Positions 27,713-37,800 are shown, counted from the stretch's first letter. The stretch is DNA of 64,000 nt from an uncultured archaeon (GCA_964389465.1 CAYMDK010000005.1:22169-86168), one strand, 5' to 3'. Numbers and translations: made by a program. The notes: generated by a model from the sequence alone, not told the origin.

Positions 27713-30016
27713 ATGCGACAGGGGACAGCAGCGCTGCTGGCAGTTATGGTGCTACTCACCAGCTTCAGCACCGGCTCGCTAGCGCCGCCGTCGACGGCGC
27801 AGCCACCCGCCACCCTGATGGCGGCCGAAGGCGAGAACGACACGCTGAACCGCACCAACACTTTCCCCTTCGATGTGCTGTTCGACGACTACCACGAATA
27901 TTACGAAGTCGTCTCCGAATTGCAGCGGTTCGCCAATGACTTTCCCGAAATTGTTGAATTCTACACGCTGACCGACCTGATTCCGGCCGGGCAGACCTGG
28001 CAGGGGAGCAAAATTTACGGTATCAAGATATCAGATAACGTCGCCAACGAGCCGGCGTTTTACGATGACCCCGACGAGGAGACGCTCTTCATCGTCGGAA
28101 ATCACCACGCCCGCGAGTGGATGACCGTCGTGACCCCGATGTATTTCGCTTACTACCTGACCCATTTCTACGGCGCCCCGCCGACAGACAACGACGGCGA
28201 CGGACTTGTGAACGAGGACCCGATTGACGGCGTCGATAACGATGGCGATGGCGAGCAGGGCGGCCGCGTCGATGCGCAAGGACGGGCGCTCTTTGACGGC
28301 ATCGACAATGACGGCGACGGGATTATCGACGAAGGCATTGACGAAGACCCCATCGAGGCGCGCGTAACCCAGTTGGTCAACAACCGGGAAATCTGGATTG
28401 TCCCCATCCTGAACCCGGACGGCTACAAGTACGACCGGGAAGACCCGGACCGTTTCTGGCGTAAGAATATGCGAGACAACGATGACAACGACCGCTACGG
28501 CGACTCGTGCGATGGCGTTGACCTGAACCGCAACTACCCCCTCGAGTGGAGCCACAACACGCAGGGACAGGCACTGATTGGCGACGACCTGGAGGTCGAA
28601 GTCACGGTTGATGACGACAACCCCTGTTCGGGAGTCTATCACGGCCCGCGCGACTTCAACGACGACGATGGCGACTGCGAGTTTCTGGGCAACCCCTGCA
28701 TTGTTGGTGACCAGAACACCGGCGACTTCGCCAAGGTTGACGAGGACCCGCCCGACGCCATGCACACCGACGACGACGAGGACGGGATGGTTGACGAGGA
28801 CAAGGAGGGCGGATTCAGCGAGCCGGAGACGCAGGTCATCGAGTACCTGCTCTGGAGACTGGATATCTACGAGGATTATCCGCAGGACCAGTATCTCGCA
28901 GATTATCAGGATGGAATTACCAGGGCGAACTGGCCCGACATGTTCATCACGAACGCCGAGGGCGAGTATATCCGGAACTACCGGGCCGAAGCCCACGATA
29001 TGAAGCACAATATCATGAATTCGATTTCTTACCACGCCTGTTCGGAGCTTTACATCTGGCCGTGGGGCTTCAAGGACCAGGACCCACCGCACGAACTCTA
29101 CATGGAAAACCAGGTCAAGGGGCTGATGAACCTGACCGGTTACGGCAACTGGAAGGACCAGGGTGGCTACAAGGTCTCGGGAGACTTCACCGACCACCTC
29201 TACGGCATGCAGGGCTCATTCTCCTACACCGTCGAGCTGAACAGCTGCGGAAGTCAGGGAGGCCTGCAGGGCGGTTTCCACGCCGACCCGCTGCTCATCC
29301 GCCCCACCGTGCGGATGCACCTGCTGACCAACATGTACCTGCTGGACGAATCCCCCGAAGCGCGGATTGGGCAGATGTTCCCCGACTACGGCGACATCAA
29401 CGGCCCCGGCATCCATTCGCCGGAGCAGACCCTGATGCCGTCGTTGACCCTTCTCTCCTCGAAGGGGGAGAGCATTGGTTTCCAGTCTGATACCGAAGTT
29501 GACTTCGGCGACTACTACTCGGATGACAATCTGTCGGTGAGGATTAAGGTAGCGAACGCCCAGTTCATGCTGAAGGATTCGCTGGTCCTGCGGTACCGGA
29601 CGGCCGAAATGGTGGCCGGTGCCTGGAACGAATTGCCCATGTCCTGCATCGTTGACTGTGACCCGCGGGATTACTCGGATTTCAGCCCTGACCTCACGAT
29701 TCCGCAGCGTGAATCCGTCTTCCGGGCCTACATCCCCGCCACCGAATCCTCCACACACATCCAGTTCTACGCTGTGGCGCAGGACTCTCGCCTCGCTAAC
29801 GAGTTCGGGGGCGGTTTCGTCTACACCGGTTACGGGGCTGCCGCGCCTGTCGAGATTTTCGTCGACGACATCGTCGGCTTCGGCAATCCCGTGCTAGACG
29901 TCATCGCGGTCGGCTTCATGATGCTCATTATCTACAGCGTCATCTGGGGCGGGCTCTACCGCATGGTGGGCCTCGCCATCGCTGCGGAGCGGCGCAAGGC
30001 GGAGGAAGGCGGTTGA
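27713..30016 (+). CDS. Secreted, membrane-anchored M14 zinc carboxypeptidase with acidic calcium-binding-type (DxDxDG) inserts
   Basis: Re-called start at ATG 27713 (MRQGTAALLAVMVLLTSFSTGSLA, a signal peptide), with the TATA-like ACTATTATAG 27681-27690 upstream. M14 motifs: GNHHAREW, WIVPILNPDGY, GVDLNRNY. Insert: DNDGDGLVNEDPIDGVDNDGDGEQGG..DGIDNDGDGIIDEGIDEDP. C-terminal TM helix VIAVGFMMLIIYSVIWGGLY. Confidence 0.85.
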   Translation: MRQGTAALLAVMVLLTSFSTGSLAPPSTAQPPATLMAAEGENDTLNRTNTFPFDVLFDDYHEYYEVVSELQRFANDFPEIVEFYTLTDLIPAGQTWQGSKIYGIKISDNVANEPAFYDDPDEETLFIVGNHHAREWMTVVTPMYFAYYLTHFYGAPPTDNDGDGLVNEDPIDGVDNDGDGEQGGRVDAQGRALFDGIDNDGDGIIDEGIDEDPIEARVTQLVNNREIWIVPILNPDGYKYDREDPDRFWRKNMRDNDDNDRYGDSCDGVDLNRNYPLEWSHNTQGQALIGDDLEVEVTVDDDNPCSGVYHGPRDFNDDDGDCEFLGNPCIVGDQNTGDFAKVDEDPPDAMHTDDDEDGMVDEDKEGGFSEPETQVIEYLLWRLDIYEDYPQDQYLADYQDGITRANWPDMFITNAEGEYIRNYRAEAHDMKHNIMNSISYHACSELYIWPWGFKDQDPPHELYMENQVKGLMNLTGYGNWKDQGGYKVSGDFTDHLYGMQGSFSYTVELNSCGSQGGLQGGFHADPLLIRPTVRMHLLTNMYLLDESPEARIGQMFPDYGDINGPGIHSPEQTLMPSLTLLSSKGESIGFQSDTEVDFGDYYSDDNLSVRIKVANAQFMLKDSLVLRYRTAEMVAGAWNELPMSCIVDCDPRDYSDFSPDLTIPQRESVFRAYIPATESSTHIQFYAVAQDSRLANEFGGGFVYTGYGAAAPVEIFVDDIVGFGNPVLDVIAVGFMMLIIYSVIWGGLYRMVGLAIAAERRKAEEGG

Positions 30017-31536
30017 CGGAGCCAGACGCCGGGGGCGACGAGCTCTTCTCCTCGCGTTTGGGGCTCATCCTGACCACCATCGGCGCCGCGGTCGGTACTG
30101 GCAACATCTGGCGCTTCCCGCGCGAGGCGGCTGCCAACGGCGGAGGGGCGTTCATGATTGGCTGGCTGCTGTTCCTCTTTGCGTGGTCAATCCCGCTGCT
30201 GATGGCCGAGTTCGCCATCGGCAAGAAGACGCGGCTCGGCACTATCGGCTCGATGCGCGACATGGCGGGGCGCAACTGGACCTGGATGGGGATGTGGATG
30301 GTATGGGTCGGCGTCGCGGTCGGATTCTACTATGCAGTGGTGATGGGCTGGACCATCCGCTACTTCTGGGTCGCGCTCTCTGGGGAGATTAACCTCGCCA
30401 CCGACACCGAGGCGACGACGCTGCTGTGGGAGAACTTCATCCACGATTCGCCGCTGGAAGTGGTCATGTTCCAGCTCATCGCCGTCACCGTCTCGGGCTT
30501 CATCGTCTACCGCGGTATCAGCGGCATCGAGCGCGCCAACACCATCCTGATTCCCTGTCTGGTCGGCTTCCTCATTGTCGCGATGATTTACCCCTTCATC
30601 CTCAACCCGTCGGGCGCGGCGACCGGCCTCCGCTTCCTCTTCATCCCGCAGTGGGAATACCTCTTCCGGGGCGAAACCTGGATTCGGGCGCTGACGCAGT
30701 CGGCGTGGTCCACCTCGGCCGGTTTCGGGATGGCGATTACCTATGCCGTGGCGATGAAGAAGAAGGAGGATATCGCGCTCAACGCGTTCCTCACCGGCCT
30801 CGGCAATAACTCCGTCTCGCTGATTGCCGGCGTCGCGGTGCTCGGCACCATCTTCGCCATGTCCGAGACGACGGCTGACGGCCTCGCCGCGGTCGAGGCT
30901 GGCTCCTCGGGGCTGACCTTCGTCCACCTGACGGCCCTCTTCGCTTCGATGCCGGGCGGGCGGGTGATGGGCGCCATCTTCTTCCTGGCGATGTCATTCG
31001 CCGCGCTGACGTCGATGATTGCGACCATCGAGATTGCGGCGCGCAACTTCGTCGACATGGGCTGGGAGCGCAATGAGGCGGTGAAATACATCTGTGTCGC
31101 CGTCGCGCTCTGCGGGCTGCCGTCGGCCTACAGCCTCGAGTTCCTCGACAACCAGGACTTCGTCTGGGGCACCGGGCTGATTGTTTCGGGGCTGATGGTG
31201 GCGGTGGTGGTGATGCGGTTCGGCACCAGCGAGTTCCGCGAGACTTTCATCAACACCGAATACAGCGACCTCTACATCGGCAAGTGGTGGGAATACATCA
31301 TCCGCTACGCGTTCCCGATTGAATTTGCGGTCGTCTTCGGTTTCTTCATCTACGAGAAGCTGCAGGACGCGTCGCACTCGCCGATTGCCGGCATGGACCT
31401 GGGGCTCTTCACCATCCTTACGATGGTGGTGCAATGGCTGATTATCATTGCCCTCTTCGCCTTCGCCTTCAACGACCGTATCGCAGATCAAATCAAGGCC
31501 GGCCCACTCACTGTAGCCGAAGCCGAAGAAGTTTAG
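30013..31536 (+). CDS. Sodium-dependent transporter, SNF (neurotransmitter:sodium symporter / SLC6) family
   Basis: TTG start in a TTGA overlap with the peptidase stop. LGLILTTIGAAVGTGNIWRFP is the NSS signature, followed by ~12 TM helices. Confidence 0.9.
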   Translation: MTEPDAGGDELFSSRLGLILTTIGAAVGTGNIWRFPREAAANGGGAFMIGWLLFLFAWSIPLLMAEFAIGKKTRLGTIGSMRDMAGRNWTWMGMWMVWVGVAVGFYYAVVMGWTIRYFWVALSGEINLATDTEATTLLWENFIHDSPLEVVMFQLIAVTVSGFIVYRGISGIERANTILIPCLVGFLIVAMIYPFILNPSGAATGLRFLFIPQWEYLFRGETWIRALTQSAWSTSAGFGMAITYAVAMKKKEDIALNAFLTGLGNNSVSLIAGVAVLGTIFAMSETTADGLAAVEAGSSGLTFVHLTALFASMPGGRVMGAIFFLAMSFAALTSMIATIEIAARNFVDMGWERNEAVKYICVAVALCGLPSAYSLEFLDNQDFVWGTGLIVSGLMVAVVVMRFGTSEFRETFINTEYSDLYIGKWWEYIIRYAFPIEFAVVFGFFIYEKLQDASHSPIAGMDLGLFTILTMVVQWLIIIALFAFAFNDRIADQIKAGPLTVAEAEEV

Positions 31537-33641
31537 GCCATTACGACTGGCGCGCCGCAGCCTCCGCAGAAATGCTGCCCCGGAATTAGCGCACCACTGC
31601 ACTGCCGGCAGCTGGTAGGCGCCTCCGGTTTTTCGGGCGTTGCGCTGCCGCAGCCACCGCAGAATTTCTGGTTGAGTGAGAGCGGTGAATTGCACTCGAG
31701 GCAGTGGTAGCCCAGCTCGCGCTCGCCCCGTTCGCGCAGCCGGATGCCGCACTTGCCACAGATGCGGAAGTCTGACGGCATGCGCGTACCGCAGTTGCCG
31801 CAGTTGACGTGGAAGCGGCGGGTGACGACGGTGCGCTCTGTCTCCGGGACCACGGTCGCGCCGACTGAGGAGGCGAAGAGCTCGCGCGGCTCGAACTGGA
31901 CCGTGTCGCCCACTTCGACAATATCCTGTTTCTGGTGGTGGTAATTGTCGCCCTCGAAGCTGTGGTAGACTACGTCCACCGTCAGCGGAACCAGCCCCTT
32001 CGCCTTCGGGTAGACCTCGATTTCCATCATGCGCTTCTCGCCCGGCTCCATGCTGTGCAGCAACGTATGGCCGCGTATCGCAAAGCTGTCGCCGAAGTCA
32101 AGCGTAATCTGCCGCGCGACCGCGCCGCCGATGTTTTCCAGCTCGAGCGGCAGCCCACTCCAGTCGTCAGGAGCCAGTGGGCCTTCCAGTCGCCCCCGCA
32201 GGACGATGTCCGGCCGTGAACCGACCGCTTGCCGTTGCGAGAGCTGGACCGCCTCCTCCGCCTTTTGCCGCGCTTCCTTGTAGCGCTGCTTGTGCAACAG
32301 CTTCTCCGCCTCCGCCAGCAACGTCTCTGAAGCGGCTACCGAGACACCCTTGTGGGAAACCGACTGGATGGTTGATTCAGCGCGTGTCAGGGCTGCCTTT
32401 GCCTCGTCGCTCTCCTTCTCGGCGCGCGCCGCCATCTCCTCGGCGCGCGCGGAATAATCAATACATTTGGGGTAGTCGCCGCGTGCGTACGCCTTTTCGG
32501 CATCCGCCAGCAGCTTGTCGGCCTGTCCGGTCGCGACCCCGAAATTCTGCGCCGAATGGATGACGCCGCGTGCCGATTCGAGCACCGCGGACGCCTTCTG
32601 GATGGCGCCGTAGTCAAGCGAGGAGACCTTGATTTGGTCCATCGCTTTTACCGCCGCGGTTCGCACAAGGTCATCGCCGTCGGTGAGTGCGTGCGCCAGC
32701 GACGGCACCGCCTCCTTGACCATTCCGATGTTGTTGCGCCCTATGATTCCCAGCAGCAGCGCCGCCTGTTCACGAATCTCCCAGCGCTGGTGACCAAGGT
32801 CATGCGCAAGGTGGCGCACCGCCGGGGAGAACTGCTTCGGGTCGCGCTCCGCCAGCGGCTGCGCGGTAAGGATGGCGTGCAGCCTCAGCTCCGGGTCAAC
32901 CTTGCGCGCGGTCAGCGGCCGCAGCAGCAGCCGCGGTATCGCCGCGACGCCAGCCGCACCAGCCGAAATCAGCATCTGTCCCGCCTGTTCCTGGATGGCG
33001 GAATCGCGGTGGCCGAGCAGCTTCACCAGCTGTGGCGCTGCGCGAGCGAGCGCCGTCGGCTGCCGCTCGGCCACAGGCCCCAGCAGCGTCAGCGCATTCC
33101 GGACGGTCGCCGGCTTCCTCGAGCCGAGCTGCTTTGCCAGCTGCGCCGCCACCGCCGTTGGAGCGCGCCGCCCCAGGTCGGCAATCAGCTGTAGCAGCGG
33201 TGCCTGGACTCCCGGCAAGGGGTCGTCCAGCCGCCCGACCAGCTTGGTCAGCTGCGGCAGCACCGCCTTGGGTTCCTGGCGGGCGACTTTGCCGAGCAGC
33301 CCCAGCGCAGCGATGCGGTTGTCCATGCGGGTGTCCTGCACCAGGCCCGCCAGCGGTCCGACAGCCTTCGTGAAGCTCTTGGGGTGAAGGTCGAACAGAT
33401 GCAGCAGCAGCAGCACCACTTGGTGGCGCACCGCCGAGTTGTCGTCGGAAAGCAGTTTCGTGACTTGCGACAGGAACTTGGGAACCAGTCGCGGCACGAA
33501 GTGGTCGTGCAGCTGGCGCACGAGGGTAATACGCCGGTCGGGCGAGGCTCCGGTAATGGACTTCAGCCGTCGCTCAATCCGGGTCGCTTCATGAGCAGCC
33601 CGGATATCTTCGCCAACGCCCAAGGGAATTCCTCCCGACAC
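31533..33641 (-). CDS. Cytoplasmic HEAT-repeat / coiled-coil / beta-sandwich / triple zinc-ribbon protein
   Basis: The N-terminal ~330 aa are HEAT-like repeats (D.N..VR..A...L). A central coiled coil follows (AEKAYARGDY...AEKLLHKQRYKEARQKAEEA). Next comes a CARDB-like segment (LPLELENIGGAVARQITLDF..). The C-terminus reads CGNCG..CGKCG..CLEC..CGGCG..CRQC..CGGCG. It lies 32 nt downstream of dnaK on the same strand. Confidence 0.8.
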   Translation of the reverse strand: MSGGIPLGVGEDIRAAHEATRIERRLKSITGASPDRRITLVRQLHDHFVPRLVPKFLSQVTKLLSDDNSAVRHQVVLLLLHLFDLHPKSFTKAVGPLAGLVQDTRMDNRIAALGLLGKVARQEPKAVLPQLTKLVGRLDDPLPGVQAPLLQLIADLGRRAPTAVAAQLAKQLGSRKPATVRNALTLLGPVAERQPTALARAAPQLVKLLGHRDSAIQEQAGQMLISAGAAGVAAIPRLLLRPLTARKVDPELRLHAILTAQPLAERDPKQFSPAVRHLAHDLGHQRWEIREQAALLLGIIGRNNIGMVKEAVPSLAHALTDGDDLVRTAAVKAMDQIKVSSLDYGAIQKASAVLESARGVIHSAQNFGVATGQADKLLADAEKAYARGDYPKCIDYSARAEEMAARAEKESDEAKAALTRAESTIQSVSHKGVSVAASETLLAEAEKLLHKQRYKEARQKAEEAVQLSQRQAVGSRPDIVLRGRLEGPLAPDDWSGLPLELENIGGAVARQITLDFGDSFAIRGHTLLHSMEPGEKRMMEIEVYPKAKGLVPLTVDVVYHSFEGDNYHHQKQDIVEVGDTVQFEPRELFASSVGATVVPETERTVVTRRFHVNCGNCGTRMPSDFRICGKCGIRLRERGERELGYHCLECNSPLSLNQKFCGGCGSATPEKPEAPTSCRQCSGALIPGQHFCGGCGAPVVMA

Positions 33642-33673
33642 AGGACGCGCTGCAGGATATAGCGTTTGCCCAG

Positions 33674-35527
33674 CTACTTCTCGTCGACTTCTTCGTAGTC
33701 GACATCAACCACGTTATCGTCGGCGGGCGCGTCGCCCTCGCCGGCGGGAGCCTGCTGCGCAGCCTCCTCGGCGGCCTGCTGGTACATCTGCTGGCCGACC
33801 ACCTGCGAGGCAGTCATGTACGCCTCGCTCGCCGCCTTCAGCGCGTCAAGGTCGTCACCCCGGATGGCCTCTTCGAGCGGTTCCTTGGCCGCCTCGATAC
33901 CCTTGCGAGTCTCCTCGTCAATCTTGTCGCCCAGTTCCTTGAGCGACTTCTCGGTGGCGTAAATCAGTGATTCGCCCTGGTTGCGCGTCTCGACCAGTTC
34001 GCGCAGCTCCCGGTCCTCCTCGGCGTGCGTCTCCGCTTCCGCGACGCGCGCCTCGATTTCCTCGTCGGTCAGGTTCGACTTGGCCTTGATTTCGATTTTC
34101 TGCTCGTTCCCCGTCCCGAGGTCCCGGGCGCTGACGTTGAGGATACCGTTGCGGTCGATGTCGAACTTGACCTCGACCTGCGGTACGCCGCGTGGGGCGG
34201 GGGGGATGCCGGTGAGCATGAACTTGCCGAGCGTCGTGTTGGTCGCCGCCATGGTGCGCTCGCCCTGCAGGATGTGGATTTCGACGCTGGGCTGGTTGTC
34301 GGCCGCGGTCGAAAAAGTATTCTGTTTGCCGGTGGGAATGGTGGTGTTGCGCTCGATGAGCGGCGTCATCACGCCTCCCTCGGTCTCGATTCCCAGCGTC
34401 AGCGGCGTCACGTCAAGCAGCAGCACGTCCTTGACGTCGCCGGCAATTACGCCGCCCTGCAGCGCGGCGCCCATCGCGACGCACTGCATCGGGTCGATGC
34501 CGCTCTCGGCCTTGCGGCCGATGATTTTTTCGAAGCGTTCGCGGACAATCGGCATGCGCGTCGGCCCGCCCACAAGCAGCACGCGGTCGACGTCGCCCGG
34601 CTTGAGCTTGGCGTCCTTGAACGCCTGCTTGATGGGCTTGTCACACTTGGCGAGCACCGGCTCGACCAGTTCCTGCAATCTGGCGCGAGTCATGTCGACC
34701 TCGAGATGCTTGGGGCCGGCCGAATCGGCCCAGATGTAGGGGAGGTTGATGGTCGCCTTGACCGTGCTGGAAAGCTCGATTTTCGCCTTCTCGCCCGCGT
34801 CGCGCAGCCGCTGGAACGCGGCGGGGTCCTGCCGCAGGTCGACGCCGTTGTCGGCCTTGAAGTTCTCGGCCAGCCAGTCGATAATCGCGTCGTCCATGTC
34901 GGTCCCGCCGAGGTGGGTGTCGCCCGACGTGGAGAGGACTTCGAAGACGCCTTCGGCCATCTCCATGATGGTGACGTCGAAGGTGCCGCCGCCCAGATCC
35001 AGCACGGCGACCTTGTGCTCGCCCTCCCGGTCCTGGTCGAGGCCGTAAGCGAGCGCGGCCGCGGTCGGCTCGTTGATGATGCGCTCGACCTCCAGCCCGG
35101 CGATGCGGCCGGCATCCTTGGTCGCCTGCCGCTGGTTGTCGTTGAAGTAGGCTGGGACCGTAATCACGGCCTTGCTGATTTCCTGCCCCAGATGCGCCTC
35201 GGCGTCAGCCTTGATTTTCTGCAGTATCATCGCCGAGATTTCCTCGGGCGAGTATTCCTTCTTGCCAATCTTGACGCGCTCGTCAGTCCCCATCTTGCGC
35301 TTGATGCGCATGATGGTGCGCTCGGGGTTCAGGACTGCCTGTCGCTTGGCCAGGTCGCCCACCAGCCGCTCGCCGTCCCTCGTGAAGGCGACGACCGACG
35401 GGAACATCTTGCCGCCAAAAGTCGAGCCTTCGGCGGAGGGGATGATGGTCGGGCGGCCGCCCTCAAGGTGCGCCGCTTCCGAATTCGTGGTTCCGAGGTC
35501 TATGCCGATTATGATTTCCTTGGCCAT
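33674..35527 (-). CDS. dnaK: Chaperone DnaK (Hsp70)
   Basis: [31 protein letters not shown]. The acidic C-terminus is [11 protein letters not shown]. Confidence 0.97.
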   Translation of the reverse strand: MAKEIIIGIDLGTTNSEAAHLEGGRPTIIPSAEGSTFGGKMFPSVVAFTRDGERLVGDLAKRQAVLNPERTIMRIKRKMGTDERVKIGKKEYSPEEISAMILQKIKADAEAHLGQEISKAVITVPAYFNDNQRQATKDAGRIAGLEVERIINEPTAAALAYGLDQDREGEHKVAVLDLGGGTFDVTIMEMAEGVFEVLSTSGDTHLGGTDMDDAIIDWLAENFKADNGVDLRQDPAAFQRLRDAGEKAKIELSSTVKATINLPYIWADSAGPKHLEVDMTRARLQELVEPVLAKCDKPIKQAFKDAKLKPGDVDRVLLVGGPTRMPIVRERFEKIIGRKAESGIDPMQCVAMGAALQGGVIAGDVKDVLLLDVTPLTLGIETEGGVMTPLIERNTTIPTGKQNTFSTAADNQPSVEIHILQGERTMAATNTTLGKFMLTGIPPAPRGVPQVEVKFDIDRNGILNVSARDLGTGNEQKIEIKAKSNLTDEEIEARVAEAETHAEEDRELRELVETRNQGESLIYATEKSLKELGDKIDEETRKGIEAAKEPLEEAIRGDDLDALKAASEAYMTASQVVGQQMYQQAAEEAAQQAPAGEGDAPADDNVVDVDYEEVDEK

Positions 35528-35529
35528 TT

Positions 35530-36066
35530 TTACTCCGTAGTTTCAATTTCAGTTGCCGGTTGCGGCGTGCGGCTGACAATGACTCGTGCGGGTCGCAGCA
35601 GCTCGCCCTCAATGAGGTAGCCCGGCTGGATTACCTCGACAATCGTCTCTTCCTCCAGGTCTTCGCGCTCGACCGCGCTCAGCGCCTCGTGCAGCCGGTG
35701 GTCGAACTGCCCGGCGGGGTTAATCGCCTCAAGGCCCAGCGCCTCCATCGCCGCCTGCAGCTGTTTCTGGATTCCCGCCAGGCCAGCGACCGCCGCCTTG
35801 ACGTCGGGATATTCAGCGTCAGCCGCCTGCGTGGCAGTCTCCAGCGCCTCGAGGAACTGCGTCGCAACGGCACCGCGCGCCCGCAGCGCGTCGCGCGAGC
35901 GGTCGCGCTCGACCCGCTTGCGGAAGTTGTCGAAATCGGCGGCGACGCGGTGCAGCTGCTCCTGCAGCTCGGCCAGCTCCGCCTGCGCCGCGGCGAGGGG
36001 GTCCGTGACCTCCACTTCCGCCTCTTCTGCGGGCTCTTTTGCTGTTTTATTCGTCTTGCGCGTCAT
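35530..36066 (-). CDS. grpE: Nucleotide exchange factor GrpE
   Basis: [18 protein letters not shown]..., [10 protein letters not shown], and [18 protein letters not shown]. Confidence 0.92.
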   Translation of the reverse strand: MTRKTNKTAKEPAEEAEVEVTDPLAAAQAELAELQEQLHRVAADFDNFRKRVERDRSRDALRARGAVATQFLEALETATQAADAEYPDVKAAVAGLAGIQKQLQAAMEALGLEAINPAGQFDHRLHEALSAVEREDLEEETIVEVIQPGYLIEGELLRPARVIVSRTPQPATEIETTE

Positions 36067-36071
36067 CGGTA

Positions 36072-36125
36072 GTCAACCTCAGGTTGTCAACCTGTCATTG
36101 CGCCATTTTAGGTAGGTATATAAAA
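36072..36125 (-). promoter_or_regulatory. grpE-dnaK promoter: TATA box plus palindrome/direct-repeat candidate operator
   Basis: Minus-strand TTTTATATA (plus coordinates 36117-36125). 8-bp direct repeat GTCAACCT at 36072-36079 and 36086-36093. Palindrome CAACCTCAGGTTG at 36074-36086, lying between the TATA box and the grpE ATG (36066). Confidence 0.35.
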
Positions 36126-36527
36126 TTACTTGAGTCCGAACCTGCGCCCCGCCTCGAGTGCGCGCTTCCAGTAGCTGCTCGGAAGCTGGTAGCGGCTCAT
36201 CTGCTGCAGCTCGGTCCACTCGCGCTGGAAATTTGCCTTGGAGCTGACGGCGATGAGTTCCTCGAAGCGGTTCATGTACCAGCGCACCAGCCAGAGCTGG
36301 TAGCTGCTAACAGTGAATATTATGAGGCCGAAGACCAGTGTCCAGATGTCATATTCGCCCAGCGCTTCGAGGATGGCGGTCGGCGCCCACTTCGCGTCGT
36401 AATACCAAGTCCCGACGGAGCCCACCAGCACCATCGCGCCGGAAAGAATGGTGCCGACTGTCGCCAGCGCCAGCATGTTCTCGCGCCGCCAGTCGGCAAA
36501 ATCCTTGCGCCGTTGCTCGAAGTCCAT
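36126..36527 (-). CDS. Hypothetical 2-TM membrane protein
   Basis: Re-called to ATG 36527 (MDFEQRRKDFADWRRENMLALATVGTILSGAMVLVG...). The track's 219-aa form is extended into the antisense of the aminotransferase gene. Confidence 0.6.
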   Translation of the reverse strand: MDFEQRRKDFADWRRENMLALATVGTILSGAMVLVGSVGTWYYDAKWAPTAILEALGEYDIWTLVFGLIIFTVSSYQLWLVRWYMNRFEELIAVSSKANFQREWTELQQMSRYQLPSSYWKRALEAGRRFGLK

Positions 36528-36600
36528 CGCCGCGGCACCCGCCCCGCCTTCAAAAAAGTGGCGTCCGAATGCTCTTAACAGCGGCGGGGTTCGCCGCGCC

Positions 36601-37800
36601 ATGTCGCGCGTCGCGAGCCGCATGGGGCGATTGGGCACCGAAACCGCCATGGCCATCTCGGTCGAAGCGAGTGCGCACGCGGCCGCCGGCAACCGCGTTT
36701 TCCCGTTCCACCTCGGCGACCTGAACCTGCCAACCCCTGCGCCGGTGCGCGACGCGACCAGCGCCGCGCTCGAGGCGGGGCACACCGGCTACTGCCCCGC
36801 GGCCGGGATTCCCGCGCTGCGCGAGGCACTGGCGGCCGACGTCGGCGGGGCGCGCGGGCTCGACTACGGCGGCGCCAACGTCTCGGTCCAGCCGGGCGGC
36901 AAGCCCACCATCGGCAAGTACATCGCCGCGGTGATGGAGCGCGGCGAGACGGTGCTCTACCCCAACCCCGGCTATCCCATCTATGAATCGCAAATCGAGT
37001 TCTACGGCGGCGTCGCGCATCCCTACGGCTACGTCGATACGCCCGACGGACTGCGGCTCGACTTCGACGCCATCGAGACCGGCATCGCCGGCGGCGCGCG
37101 CCACCTGTTCTACAACAACTACAATAATCCGACCGGCGCCTCTTCACCACCGGCGGAGATGGAGGCGCTGGCGCAGCTCGCCATCGAACATGACCTGCTA
37201 GTGGTGAGCGATGACGCGTATTTCGACATGCTCTTCGACGGCGAGCCGCGCTCGATTGCGAGCCTGCCGGGGATGCGCGAGCGGACGCTGATTCTCTACA
37301 CGTTTTCGAAGAAGTTCGCGATGACCGGCTGGCGGCTCGGCGGCGCTATCGGACCTCGCTGGCTGGTCGACGAAATCTCACGGCTCAACGTCAACGTCGA
37401 GTCCTGCACGGCGCACTTCGTCCAGCACGCGGGAGTCGCCGCGCTGGCGCTGTCGCGGGATGCGACAGCGCCCCTCGTCGAGCGTCTGCGCGCGCGGCGC
37501 GACCGGCTGGCGGAGCTGCTCAACGACATCGACGGCGTCGCTGCCCATGTGCCTGCGGCGGGCTTCTACCTCTTCCCGCGCGTCACCGGGCTGATGCAGC
37601 GCACCGGCTTCGACGACGTCGAAACGTTCCGCAAGGCGGTGCTCGCGGAAACGGGGGTCAGCTTCTGCGGCCGGCACCATTTCGGGCGGCTGCTGCCGGG
37701 CGAGCGCGAGCACTACCTGCGCTTCGCCTTTTCGGGAATATCGCTCGCCGACCTAGAGGAAGGCGCTGCGCGGCTCGCGGAATGGGCCGACAGCCGCTAG
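36601..37800 (+). CDS. Class I/II pyridoxal-phosphate aminotransferase (aspartate aminotransferase-like)
   Basis: Re-called to ATG 36601 (MSRVASRMGRLGTETAMAISVEA...FHLGDLNLPTP). Also YNNYNNPTGA and FSKKFAMTGWRLGGAIGP (PLP Lys context). Confidence 0.85.
   Translation: MSRVASRMGRLGTETAMAISVEASAHAAAGNRVFPFHLGDLNLPTPAPVRDATSAALEAGHTGYCPAAGIPALREALAADVGGARGLDYGGANVSVQPGGKPTIGKYIAAVMERGETVLYPNPGYPIYESQIEFYGGVAHPYGYVDTPDGLRLDFDAIETGIAGGARHLFYNNYNNPTGASSPPAEMEALAQLAIEHDLLVVSDDAYFDMLFDGEPRSIASLPGMRERTLILYTFSKKFAMTGWRLGGAIGPRWLVDEISRLNVNVESCTAHFVQHAGVAALALSRDATAPLVERLRARRDRLAELLNDIDGVAAHVPAAGFYLFPRVTGLMQRTGFDDVETFRKAVLAETGVSFCGRHHFGRLLPGEREHYLRFAFSGISLADLEEGAARLAEWADSR

Noticed and set aside
31533-36066. 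Claiming that dnaJ is absent from the organism
   Set aside because: Only 64 kb are visible. The absence of a J-domain gene next to dnaK is an observation about this locus, not about the genome.
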